Position numbers and translations under genes: made by a program. Shown here one piece after another: positions 1 through 11,270 of a stretch of 64,000 bases of DNA; the first letter of the stretch is position 1, and every line of letters begins with the position of its first letter. Origin of the DNA: Octopus vulgaris (taxonomy: Eukaryota); contig OX597831.1 of the NCBI GenBank assembly GCA_951406725.2, forward strand, positions 58,528,001 to 58,592,000. The letters are read 5' to 3'. The notes under the pieces are model-generated. The model was not told the DNA's origin. It saw only the letters and a list, made by a program, of their open reading frames with translations, and searched no databases.

Positions 1-1127
1 ACTTGATCATCAGTGAGTATCACAGTGAAGTACATACATCATTGTTGTGATTTTCAGGAATCAATATTCATCGAAACGCATCATTCACACTTTAGAAGTT
101 GTCGGACTAAGGACGTTGCGTTATCCTCTGGTTTCTTGTACATGGCGAGTAGATAAGTGCACAAGTCACATACGATTTCACATTCTTCTACTGACTGTAA
201 TTAACTTAAAGTTACATGATTACTTTATATTTAATACTGCATCTACTGCAGAACTAATGAAAGAGTATTTAGAAGAAAGCCAAAGAGTTAATAATTCACG
301 AGAAACAGTGAAACACAAGCCGTAACAAAAAGCCATAACCATTTCTTACGATATAATTTAATCGTGGAAAGAGAAGTTAATACTGTTATTTTGGTTTGTT
401 ATTATTATTTACAGAAATTGCTGGAGAGATATAATTTGATATATACCCATCTTCTGTTTACACGTTAATACTATCATCATTTCTGTATGATTGCTTTTTT
501 TGCTAACAAAATTTTATGGCGACCATTTTTCAGCTTTTATCAATAGTTTCAGGAGCTTCTCATAGATGGGTAGGTGAGACTGTATCACGCCTTCTTGCTG
601 CAAATTGAATTTAGACGTGCCGGTGAGAGAGTACTTTAATCACCTAATTCAACAAATGGAAAAGTAAATGTTAGTCGAACATGTTTTCTAACGTTTAAAG
701 CTTTTCTAGGAGAAACTCAATCAGGAAATAATTTTGTCAGCGTCGGGTGATTAAGGATGAATTTAATTATGTGCGCTCTTCTGTGTAAAATTGCGTGCAA
801 AATTAAACATTACACTATATAGTGATTGTTGCATGTTTAAGATCTTTAAGTCACTGTTCTAATATTTATTAAAGCAAGTGGGAGTTTTCATTATTCTATC
901 GCTTTTGTTTTTCATTTGAAGTAATGATTAGTTTCCCTTGCACAACATTGTGAAATTGTATAGAGATACATTGAGAACATCGTATTGCGATATTTCGTCC
1001 ATTTGATGAAAAATAGCAAGGAGCCTCTCTGGTCTAACTATGGTACCAAACACAGTGAATTACGAGGAAGAGATTTGGAAAATAGCTTTAGATAGTGATA
1101 TTCTTTAAAGGCATCCAAATATTTATT

Positions 1128-1310
1128 TCAAGTTTTGGCACAAGGCCAAAATTTCGGGAGAGGGATAGCTCGATTAGTTTGACCCCAGTGCTCCACTGGT
1201 ACTTATTTCATCGATCCCGAACGGATGAAAGGCAAAATCGACACCGGCGGAATTTCAACTCAGAACATGAATACAGACGAAATGCAGACGAATACAGACG
1301 AAATGCCGCA
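1128..1310 (-). mobile_element. tRNA-derived SINE, family A (MetaSINE-like core), diverged partial copy
   Basis: Reverse complement reads TTCTGAGTTGAAATTCCGCCGGTGTCGATTTTGCCTTTCATCCGTTCGGGATCGATGAAATAAGTACCAGT, matching the units at 6637-7390, and has the tail GGCCTTGTGCCAAAA. Confidence 0.8.
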
Positions 1311-2479
1311 GATTTTCTCTTAAAAATCTGCACTATCTGTTTCAAAAGCTTAATATCTTGCTTCTGGGGTGGGATGGTTTCCTGACCAGTAATATGCCGG
1401 AAGAATGCTAATACTATTGAACTGATGATTCCCATGACGTTGGTTCAAACTGCCAGTAATGATATGGAAATGCATCTAGCAGAGTGCCTCTAGATGCGTA
1501 ACAATCGTTAATCCCTTTTTGTTATCCGTTTTGTCGATTTCAAGAACTGAAGAGCACCATGTCGAATATAAGGGCATAATTATTCCTTTCGCCAGCTATT
1601 CATTAATTGTATCAAACAAAACATATTCATATTTTAGCTTAGGCGGAAGTTGATCTTTTCCGATAACAATATGATTCATAGCTTTATGACGCAATACAAG
1701 TTGTGACAAACTGCCTTTCTGTATATTTCAGTGTTTCTCCCTCGACAAAAGGCAAGTGACGCTGTAAATATATAAAATTTTATTTAAGTGAAAGGGTGAA
1801 GTCATTACCAAGTTTTCAAGCCTGATGGGTTAAACGAAAATAGTTTTACTAATTCACTAAGTATATTTTTGTAACTATAAATTTCCGGTGCAATGGAATT
1901 TTTTGCTGTTGAAGAGTATGTACGAGTAATGCTATTTTCATCCTACACTTTTGAATTTCAGGCCACGTTATTCCTTCTAGTAGCAGACTGCAGATGTTCC
2001 CAAACTTAATAGAATTAGATCTAATTTATCATTCTTAACTAGCTTCATATGTTTAAGATATCTTTCAAACAGGATAATAATTGTAGCAAAGCCAGTCCAA
2101 AATTAACTTCTAACATTGGAATTGATTCGTATTGATGACGTAGTTGATTATAAATAAAAGACGAAAATCTGTTGTGTGAAAATTGTCGTAATTCGTAATT
2201 TTAGGGCGCCAGTATCCAATCATAGTTGTATTTGAAAACATCTAAAGATGACGACTAACTAAATTATATCAACTCATTCTTATAAGCAATTAGTACGCAT
2301 ATGAACTCTTGTGAACTTGCCCACCTCTAACCCATTGAATAGAAATTAAACATGGCTATTTAATTGTATAATATCTACTCTTACACTTACGTTGGCTTAT
2401 TTACTTTTGACAGCGTAAAGGAAGTTTTGGAACAATCTAAGGATATAACTAGGCCATAATTTATGTGATTTACAGGAAC

Positions 2480-2705
2480 AGTAGTCGGAGTAGATGAAGA
2501 CTATTTTAGCCGTAGGTCAGATATCATTGAAGAAATCTTTGATAAATGGCATTGTGGCCGCCCCTATATTTATTTTTGTTTTCAGCAAGACTTTATAAGG
2601 ATCACATAGTCTGACATGCCTTTTATTTTCTAAGACAACACAGTAAGTGAGGATTTGAGTGATATTTGGCTGTTATTTCTGATAAGACGAGTTACGTTCC
2701 CTCAT
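2480..2705 (+). repeat. Old dispersed repeat family with a GATTTGGCTGCTATTTCTAG-like motif
   Basis: The motif gatatttggctgttatttct recurs in diverged form near 10740, 52200, 53190 and 63945. Class unknown. Confidence 0.45.
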
Positions 2706-4914
2706 GCATCAATTTGTTTTATCAAGTGATATTGGCATATAACACAGTTTTTATTACCTCCATTTCAAGGCTATTGTGATTATCTCCCTATAAAACAGTA
2801 CTACATCATATATGAAATGTATAAAGTTCAATAACATACAACAGCGCTTCGAATATACAAGTGCGGAAGTATATGTGTGAGGTAAGCCTGCAGTAGAAAT
2901 ATACAGAAATGCTATTATAAATTTGTTGCTATTCCAAACTCTGTGGTAGAATATTACAGTCACTCAACATTGGTCTTTAGTAGGACCTAAAGTATGTATC
3001 CTGAACGTAGCTGCCTAAATTATAACCTTCATATATAAATTAAATTATTACCTTCAACTATAAAGCTGACACTGAACATCATTTATGCTGAATTATTGCC
3101 AGTTTTTAGATTCTGTTTGTGAAGAGAAAATTTACAAACGTTGCCATGATTTATTCATCTATAATTTATAATTATTATTTACTACGTTGATTCTGTTATT
3201 GTTCATTAGGAAATTAAATTTGGCCGAGTAGATACGTCGAAACTTTTCTACTTTTGCCATTGTTATAAAATACTCATGAAATTTATCAGTCCTAATATAA
3301 AGCAAAACATATACTAATGTAAAATCGGATATGTCCAGAACACATCGAGGAAATGTCTCAAGAGGCGGGGAACTATTCGATTGGGAAGAATGTTAAGAAA
3401 GAAGCTGATGAATTACGAGGTTATTCTGATCCTGGTCTGGAATTAAGTGCGTGAATGCAGTAAGGACGACTACAAAATTACTAATATACTGTTCTAGAGA
3501 GTCATAGATCGCGATGTTTGTAGCAGTAAAAATATATCTGCTTTTAAGCAGGACTACAACATCAGAAACATCAGGCTACAATCTAATATATATATTGCAG
3601 TGATATAAATAACAATTACGCATTCATTCAGATTATATTTAATGCAATTTGGGAAAGAAATAATCTATTTATCATATGGAAAAAGTATTCATATAAGACA
3701 AGTGTAATAGTTTGTGCTAATGAATCATTTCACAAATAAACGATGTCCACAAGAACACAAGATATTTCACTTTGAAGAATATTATTTCACAGAGAGCGCA
3801 AGTAGTTCCAGATATATACAAACACTGTTCATCGAACATTGAACAAACAATACATATGTCTGTGTATATGCGTGCATACACACACATACACACACTCACA
3901 TACACACACATACATGTATATGCATAAATATTTATATCCTCTCTGTCTATCTAGCTAGCTAGTCATATACATATACATATATTTTATCCTAAGCTGAAGT
4001 ATAATAGACCTTTGGTATTTCAGCTTATTTGTCAGACTTCTCGTCTTCGAATGACTGCAGCATTATTCTTGTTCAGATTATTCTCACAATCACAGGTTCA
4101 ATGATATATGGAACAATTTATTTATTATAATTGACTGTAATGTCCGAAAGCCCTGTAGCTGTAAAATCCATTAATTATATTAGATTGTTGTACATCATTA
4201 TCGATCAGTTTCGGTCAGTCCATTTCATTTGTTTCACGGAGATTCTAACATTAGATTCGATAAAGTTTCTCTAATATAAAAACGAAGTAAATGCTTTCTA
4301 AAATATGTTTATGTTTATTGAATAATAGTTAATACAAATATGTTCTAAAATTGTTAAGTTAGTGGAAGAATTTTAGATTCATTCTTTTGCTATGTTATTC
4401 CTAACATTCAATGTAGAATCTATAACAATTTCCATGGAAACACTAAAACTGTGCATACAATGACAACCCATTTACAATATGTTTGTTTTATTTTTTTTAT
4501 TTTAGAATACGATAAAAAGAAAATCATCATATTCTTCCATATAATCAGTCATGTGTGTATATAAGAATGCATATATTTGAGAAATGCTCGCTCTTCTCTT
4601 CGAGGAAGCAAATCTCCCCTATGTATTTAAAGAGTATGGTAAATTGAATAACATGATGTATTTGCATTTCTCAAGATAACACTAGTCTGCATGATTTTTT
4701 TCTATTTGCTGTATGATATCTATTTCTGAATATATAAGAAAAATAATGAGTCATTGTGTTTTTTATTCTTCTCTATCACATCAGCTTGTCAAGTTATACG
4801 GAAACGTTACTTTTCTCTTTTTGTATAACATAAGTAAATGGTAAATTAAAATGCTTAACTTATATTGACTTCAATGTTACATCTAATAGTTTTCTTTATT
4901 TTCAGTCTGTGAAT

Positions 4915-6554
4915 ATGTCTAGAGGCTGCATCAATTCACCAGATATATTCTGCTCTGTCTGCGGGCAATTCAACCGTTCAGATTCCCGGAGCAACATTAC
5001 TCCTTTGTTGAAGCGCTGTTGTATAGCTTATTTTGCCAGCAAACTGGGAAACCAGGAGAAGCCGTTTCCACTTCACAAAGATTGCAAGAGTTGCATCGGT
5101 ATGCTTCAAATGTGGTCAGTTGGAAAACGTAAATGTATGCCCTTTGGAGTACGAATGGTATGGAGGAAGCAGATGAACCACTATGATGACTGCTACTTTT
5201 GTATGACTAGTAGCTGGATTCAACAAAAAGACTAAAGATCGTATAATATACACAAATATTCCTTCAGCAATAAGGCCTGTTTCACACTGATATGATATTC
5301 CTGTAACTGTGTCACCTGAGACACGGGAAATGTCATCAGAGTCTGATACTAGTGATACTAATGGAAGTAGACTATGAGCTACCAACAAATGACGATCTCA
5401 AATTCTTCAACCAAGATGAGCTCAATGATTTGGTTAGAGGCTTCAACCTTCCAAAAGAAAGTGTACATTTACTTGGCTTTAGACTCCTTCTAGCTCCTGA
5501 AACAACACACCCCGACCGATACCGTCATCGTGAAGCGGAATTCAATCAGTTCTTTGAGGAAGAGGATTCTTTAGATTTCTGTTCAAATATTCCTGGCCTT
5601 ATTGAACACATGGCGATGTTGTACAAAGGAGATGAATGGAAGCTATTCATTGATTCGTCTAACATACGTTTAAAGGCTGTTCTTCTCTACAATGGCAACA
5701 CAGCTGCATCTGTGCTAATTGGCCATAGTGCTCAAATGCCAGAAACTTACGAAAATATGAAGGCAGTAATAACTGCAATCATGTACCACCCTAATTTTCT
5801 CACTTGTGGTGATTTAAAAGCTATTGCTCTCCTACTGGGTCTTCAAGGGGGATACACTAAGTATCCCTGTTTTTTTGTGTCTTTGGGATAGTAATGCAGA
5901 CAGCTAGCTTTATGAACAAAAAGACTGGCCACCAAGAACCAGCTTCTTACTCGGAAATCACAACGTCAAAGCTGTGCCACTAGTTGACCCCTCTGCAAAT
6001 TCTACTGCCACCACTTCACATCAAATTAGGGCTTATGAAAAATTTTGCGAAGGCCCTGAACAAGAATGGAGTTACTTTCAAGCACCTGGAGTCAAAGTTT
6101 CCTCGTATAAGAGAAGGAAGCTAAAAGCAGGAATCTTTATGGCCCTCAGATTCGGGAATTGAGGGACAAGCATTTTGAGGAAGCATTAGCAGGTTTCAAA
6201 GCGAATACCTGGATTTCTCTCAAGATAGATTGTTCAAAACTTCTTGAGAAACAGCCGCTCCCCAGAATATGCAAAAATGATCCAAGACCTGACATCAAGT
6301 TTCCAACAATTTGGTTCTAGAATGAGTGTGATGATGAATTTTTTGCACTCGCATCTTGACTATTTTCCCCAAGAATTGTGGGGTCTACAGTGAAGAACAA
6401 GGAGAGCAGTTCCATCAAGAGCATGGAAACTCGATACCAGGGTAAATGGAATGTCAGTATGATGGCGGATTATTTCTGGTCATTGAAACGTGATGGTCTT
6501 GATGTGCAGCACAAACGGAAATCAAAGCGGCCCTCTTACGTTCATTTGCTTTGA
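4915..6554 (+). pseudogene. Decayed Chapaev3-type (CMC superfamily) DNA transposase
   Basis: Frameshifted but colinear motifs: N-terminal zinc finger CINSPDIFCSVCG..KLGNQEKPFPLHKDCKSC..W..MPFGVRMVW..NHYDDCYFC; WKLFIDSS; CGDLK; GYTKYPCF/CLWDS; ILLPPLHIKLGLMKNF; FLHSHLDYFP; SEEQGEQFHQ; RYQGKWNVSMMADYFWSLKR. Stop TGA at 6552-6554. A polypyrimidine/CAG acceptor at ~4890-4905 precedes the ATG. TIRs were not located. Confidence 0.85.
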
Positions 6555-6636
6555 TGTTGATAATTCTGATTCATTTCATGTTGATTTGGAAAACATATGT
6601 TCTTAAAACTAACAGAATGTGCTTTTTGTTTGATAA

Positions 6637-7390
6637 TTCTGAGTTCAAATTCCGTCGAGGTCGACTTTACCTTTCATCCTTTCGGAGTCGGTTAAATAAG
6701 TACCAGTTACGCACTGGAGTCGACATATCGACTTAATCCATTTGTCTGTCCTTGTTTGTCCTCTCTGTGTTTAGCCCGTGTGGGTAGTAAAGAAATAGGT
6801 ATTTCGCCTGACGCTACGTTCTGAGTTCAAATTCCGCCGAGGTCGACTTTGCCTTTCAGCCTTTCGGAGTCGATTAAACAAGTACCAGTTACGCACTGGG
6901 GTCGGTATAATCAACTTAATACCTTTGTTTGTCCTTGTTTGTTCGCTCTCTGTTTAGCCCTTTGTAGGCAGTAAAGAAATAAGAAACGTTAGCACGCCGG
7001 GCGAAATGCTTAGAGCTATTTCGTCTGCCGTTACGTTCTGAGTTCAAATTCTGTCGAGGTCGACTTTGCCTTTCATCCTTTCGGAGTCGATAAATTAAGT
7101 ACCAGTTAAGCACTGGGGTTGATATAATCGACTTAATCCGTCTGTCTGTCCTTGTTTGTCTCCTCTGTGTTTAGCCCCTTGTGGGTAGTAAAGTAAAGAA
7201 ATAGGTATTTCGTCTGCCGCTACGCTCTGAGTTCAAATTCCGCCGTTGTCGACTTTGCCTTTCATCCTTCAGGGTCGATTAAGCAAGTAGCAGTTACGCA
7301 CTGGGGTCGATATAATCGACTTAATCCGTTTGCCTGTCCTTGTTTGTACACTCTGTGTTTAGCCCCTTGTGGGCAGTAAAGAAATAAGAA
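6637..7390 (+). mobile_element. Head-to-tail array of 4 SINE family A units
   Basis: B-box GAGTTCAAAT at 6641, 6823, 7040 and 7229, each followed by the GGTCGACTTTGCCTTTCATCCTTTCGG..TAAGTACCAGTT core (MetaSINE/Sauria-like) and the same ~70-bp tail. Confidence 0.9.
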
Positions 7391-7743
7391 ATTTTACACA
7401 AATATATAGCATGCATATGATTGTTTGTTTGCGTGCGTGCGTGCGCAAGCGTTTGTATCTGTGTATGTGTGTGCGTGCGTGTATGCTGTTTGTGTGTGTG
7501 TGTGCGTGTGTGTGTGTGTCTGTTGTTCGCGTGTATTTCTTTGATATGCTTGAGAAAAGTGTAAACGATGTCTGTTGCAATAGTTGTTTGCACAAGGACT
7601 GGTTGCAGTCCCTGCGTTATCACTCTGCTCTTCAGAAATGTACTGACCAAATGGTTAGCTCTTTTAGAAACTGATTAATAAATAAAAATATTGTTATAAA
7701 AATGCAGAAATACATACATTTATTCATATGCATACTTATATAT

Positions 7744-8115
7744 GTGGAGGCGCATTGGCCCAGTGATTAGGGCAGCGGACTCGCGGTTTCGATTCCCAGA
7801 CCGGGCGTTGTGAGTGTTTATTGAGCGAAAACGCCTAAAAGCTCCACAAGGCTCTGGCAGGGGATGGTGGTGATCCCTGCTGTACTCTTTCACCACAACT
7901 TTCTCTCACTCTTACTTCCTGTTTCTGTTGTACCTGTATTTCAAGGGGCCGGCCTTGTCACTCTCTGTGTCACCCTGAATATCCCCGAGAACTACGTTAA
8001 GGGTGCACGTGTCTGTGGAGTGCTCAGCCACTTACACGTTAATTTCACGAGCAGGCTGTTTCGTTGATTCGGATCAACCGGAACCCTCATCGTCGTAACC
8101 GACGGAGTGCTTCCA
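7744..8115 (+). mobile_element. tRNA-derived SINE, family C, near full length
   Basis: Head GGAGGCGCATTGGCCCAGTGATTAGGGCAGCGGACTCGCGG..TTCGATTCCC has A/B-box-like motifs. The body is shared with the minus-strand copy at 27600-27915. Confidence 0.8.
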
Positions 8116-8317
8116 CTTCCACTTATATATACATTTATATGAGCACACGCACACACACCTTCACACAAAAACAGAAATACACGAACATAAATATGGAAGG
8201 TTTTTAATTCCTCGTTATCGATTTGCCTCATTCTCGCTCCTTCTCCTCTCTCTTTCTTTTTCTCCCCCTTATATATGTGCATGTGAGTGTGTGTCTGTGT
8301 GTGTGTGTAATTATATA

Positions 8318-8486
<169 letters not shown>

Positions 8487-8596
8487 ATATTTGGAATGGT
8501 CATTTTGCCAGTTCAGCCAATAAATTTAACAATATAACAATATCTGTTTCAAAACACGACTTCACATAAAAAATCTTGCACAACAAATATTTAAAC

Positions 8597-8655
<59 letters not shown>

Positions 8656-9498
8656 AATTTAAATTAAATTAGAGATAAAACCACTATTAGGCAAATCAAA
8701 CAGTGAAAAACATAAACCAAAACTTAAAAATAAAAATAATTAATATAATTTACAAAATATATAAAATATGCTTAAAATATAAATTATTTAAATTTAAAAT
8801 TATTAATTCATATTTATATTTATAATTATAATTCATTTTATGCATACATATAATCAAATATATATATCTAATAAGTAAATTGAAAGATAGAATGGATAAC
8901 TCCAGATCAGCTTCAGTCAAGCAGAATTCTAATTAAAGGCATTTCACTCTTTAATCCATGGGGTTTGCTTGAGACGTAAATATGTTATTCCTACTTAAGT
9001 GTTGCCAGCATTTTCAAGAACAACGAAAGTGGGACCAAAACAATTTTGAACTTAAGAAATATACAATAATGACATTGTACTAATAATAACTAATACTAAT
9101 AATAGTTGAAATTGTAAATGTTGTCGCTACAGTCCTAAGTTAGACCAATGCTTGTGATATATTTACTAAAGTTATTTTTACTTCTACATTCTTACATAAT
9201 TTAACCGAATATTTCATTAATACAAGAAATTCACAACATATACAAATATATTGTTATCTTCGGTTTCTATGTATTTCAGCGAAAGAGTGAAAGTATTTTT
9301 TCCCAAGCAAAAGTGAATTGAATATTCTCTCCGTTAGTTGAAATATATAAAATATAAAAACTAACAGTATATTAATTCAACCAAACATGTGTGTTTCATT
9401 TCTTCATTTAGAATTCATTACACTAAGAAATTGTCCGCAGTATCCTGATGTGCCAAAAATTGAAAACACAAATGAGACTCTTTTGTAAACACCTAAGC

Positions 9499-9642
9499 TG
9501 TTTTGGGCCCATCGTATTATTCAGTCTGTTTTTATTATCTTCTTTGTCGTAGTGAAGACTGTTATTGCAATAGGTAAAATTGTTTCTGGAGAGAAAAAAA
9601 AACATCCCATAATTCGGCAACATGACTGCCAGCAAGCTTCGT
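9499..9642. repeat. Copy 1 of a ~144-bp local direct repeat
   Basis: TGTTTTGGGCCCATCGTA...GACTGCCAGCAAGCTTCGT recurs at 11127-11270 with scattered substitutions. Confidence 0.9.
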
Positions 9643-10922
9643 GATTGTCAATAGTTTTCAAGACCATATACCATTTGCTATCTGTACAGGAGGACATGAA
9701 TCCTTTGATAACTGTTTCTAATTAACGTTGCCTCTTACCGAAAAGTCCTCCACTATAGAATTAGGTTTCCAATTTAGGTTTTAATGTTTTTGGCTGGCAA
9801 GTTCGAAATTAACTGTTTAGAAAAATTAGGTATGATATTTTGTCAAATGTTTGAATTTTTCTGTTATAGTCAATTTGTTTCCAAATATGTAATCGTTGAC
9901 GTTTTTAGTAATCCTCTTAGTTTATACAACATGTAAATCTTTAAAATGTTTTAAAACTTCATAACTAAAGGGAAAAATCATCGTCGCATCGTTTATTTAA
10001 TTTGTTTTCAAACTAGACAAAATATTGAATGTATTTAGGCAAATATCACTTTTTATCATTTCTGCAACAGCTAATTTGTATATCCCCATTACATTCTGTA
10101 AGAAACTCAAATGAATTTTAAAAACTTTAGATATCGTTGTTGAATCTTTTTCAATTGAATGAGGTTTACATAATTGCTTACAGCAATGTGTTAGTATGCT
10201 TAAGAATTAAGAATCTAATGCTTTCCAGGAATGCATGAAAGATAAAATAGCATTAAGTTTTCCTTCTAGAATATCTTTTAACTAATGTTATTTTCCCTTA
10301 TAAGGCTATTTCAACATTTTTGTTACACATCCTTCAATAATGCAGCTTCGACAAAATTACATATATAAAAGCATACAGAATCATCTTACACTTTACAATC
10401 AGATGGCAATTATATTTAACTAGAATCGTTTGTAAAGATGGTAGGGGTTCTTATCCGACTGATTTGTCGAATTAATTCGATATTATTTTAAAAGATGTGT
10501 TGAAATAAAATTTATCAAGAAATAAGGAAGAAAGTTAACAGCATTACTCGACAGTAGTGATTCCCATCGAACCGTTACAAGTTCTAACTTCATGTTTCTG
10601 GTAGAGATACTCTTATATTGGCTTTTGTTGCAGTTGTCTAGCACGAGTACAGCACGGATTGATCTAACCTACGATTAAATTATATTCCATGTTTGGCCAA
10701 CTCGCCATTTTAGGGCTATCCTGTAATAATTTGAAGGAATTTAGCCTCTATTTTTAGAAAGTCGAGTGACCATGTTTGAGCCCCCTCAGTGGTTCGTAAT
10801 ATCATTATTGGTGCACTATTTATTAATTATGGCTGCCTACGCCCTTAACATGACACTTGTTTCTTTTCAGATATAAAACATAATACGGATGTCCTGAAAT
10901 TGGTGCTAGTAAAGACTGCTAA

Positions 10923-10949
10923 CCGAAGAGTCTATTGACGAAATACGGC
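10923..10949 (+). ncRNA. Degenerate minimal hammerhead ribozyme remnant (PLE 3' end)
   Basis: CCGAAGA-GTC-TATT-GAC-GAAA-TACG: stem II is intact, U4 is changed to C and the cleavage triplet is lost. Followed by AATAAA and (TA)n. Confidence 0.45.
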
Positions 10950-11126
10950 AATAAATATATATATATATATATTGAGCAAAACGGACGCTACCCTGTATCT
11001 TACAAATCTTTTAAAAATGTCTTTCCTTTGTATTCATTTTAAAAACGGATAACTGCTGAAATTCCTAGAGACTATTTCGTTGACTTCTGCAGCAATATAT
11101 TACGCTATTTCTAAGAAATAGCATAA

Positions 11127-11270
11127 TGTTTTGGGCCCATCGTATCATTCGGTCTGTTTTTATTATCTTCTTTGTGTCATAGTGAAGACTGTTATTGCAA
11201 TAAGTAAATTTGTTTCAGGAGAGAAAAAAACATCCTATAATTCGGCGACATGACTGCCAACAAGCTTCGT
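11127..11270. repeat. Copy 2 of the ~144-bp local direct repeat
   Basis: Matches 9499-9642. Immediately preceded by a short palindrome GCTATTTC-TAA-GAAATAGC. Confidence 0.9.

Noticed and set aside
1712-1757. Possible 20-nt micro-exon (TTTCAG acceptor, AAG/GCAAGT donor)
   Set aside because: Such motifs arise often by chance in AT-rich DNA, and there is no partner exon or homology support.
4915-6554. Possible RAG-like transposon or domesticated transposase gene
   Set aside because: Multiple frameshifts and stops, no RAG2-like partner or RSS-like TIRs seen; motifs fit an ordinary Chapaev3 fossil.
6637-7390. Regularly spaced repeats as a possible CRISPR array
   Set aside because: The whole ~183-bp unit repeats with no unique spacers, there are no cas genes, and the DNA is eukaryotic; it is a SINE multimer.
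7744-7805. tRNA gene-like sequence (also the heads at 44748 and 47249)
   Set aside because: No complete cloverleaf, and each continues into a multi-copy SINE body.
10855-10956. Apparent terminal exon (acceptor plus AATAAA)
   Set aside because: No recognisable coding content, and it overlaps a hammerhead remnant next to (TA)n, so a PLE end explains it better.
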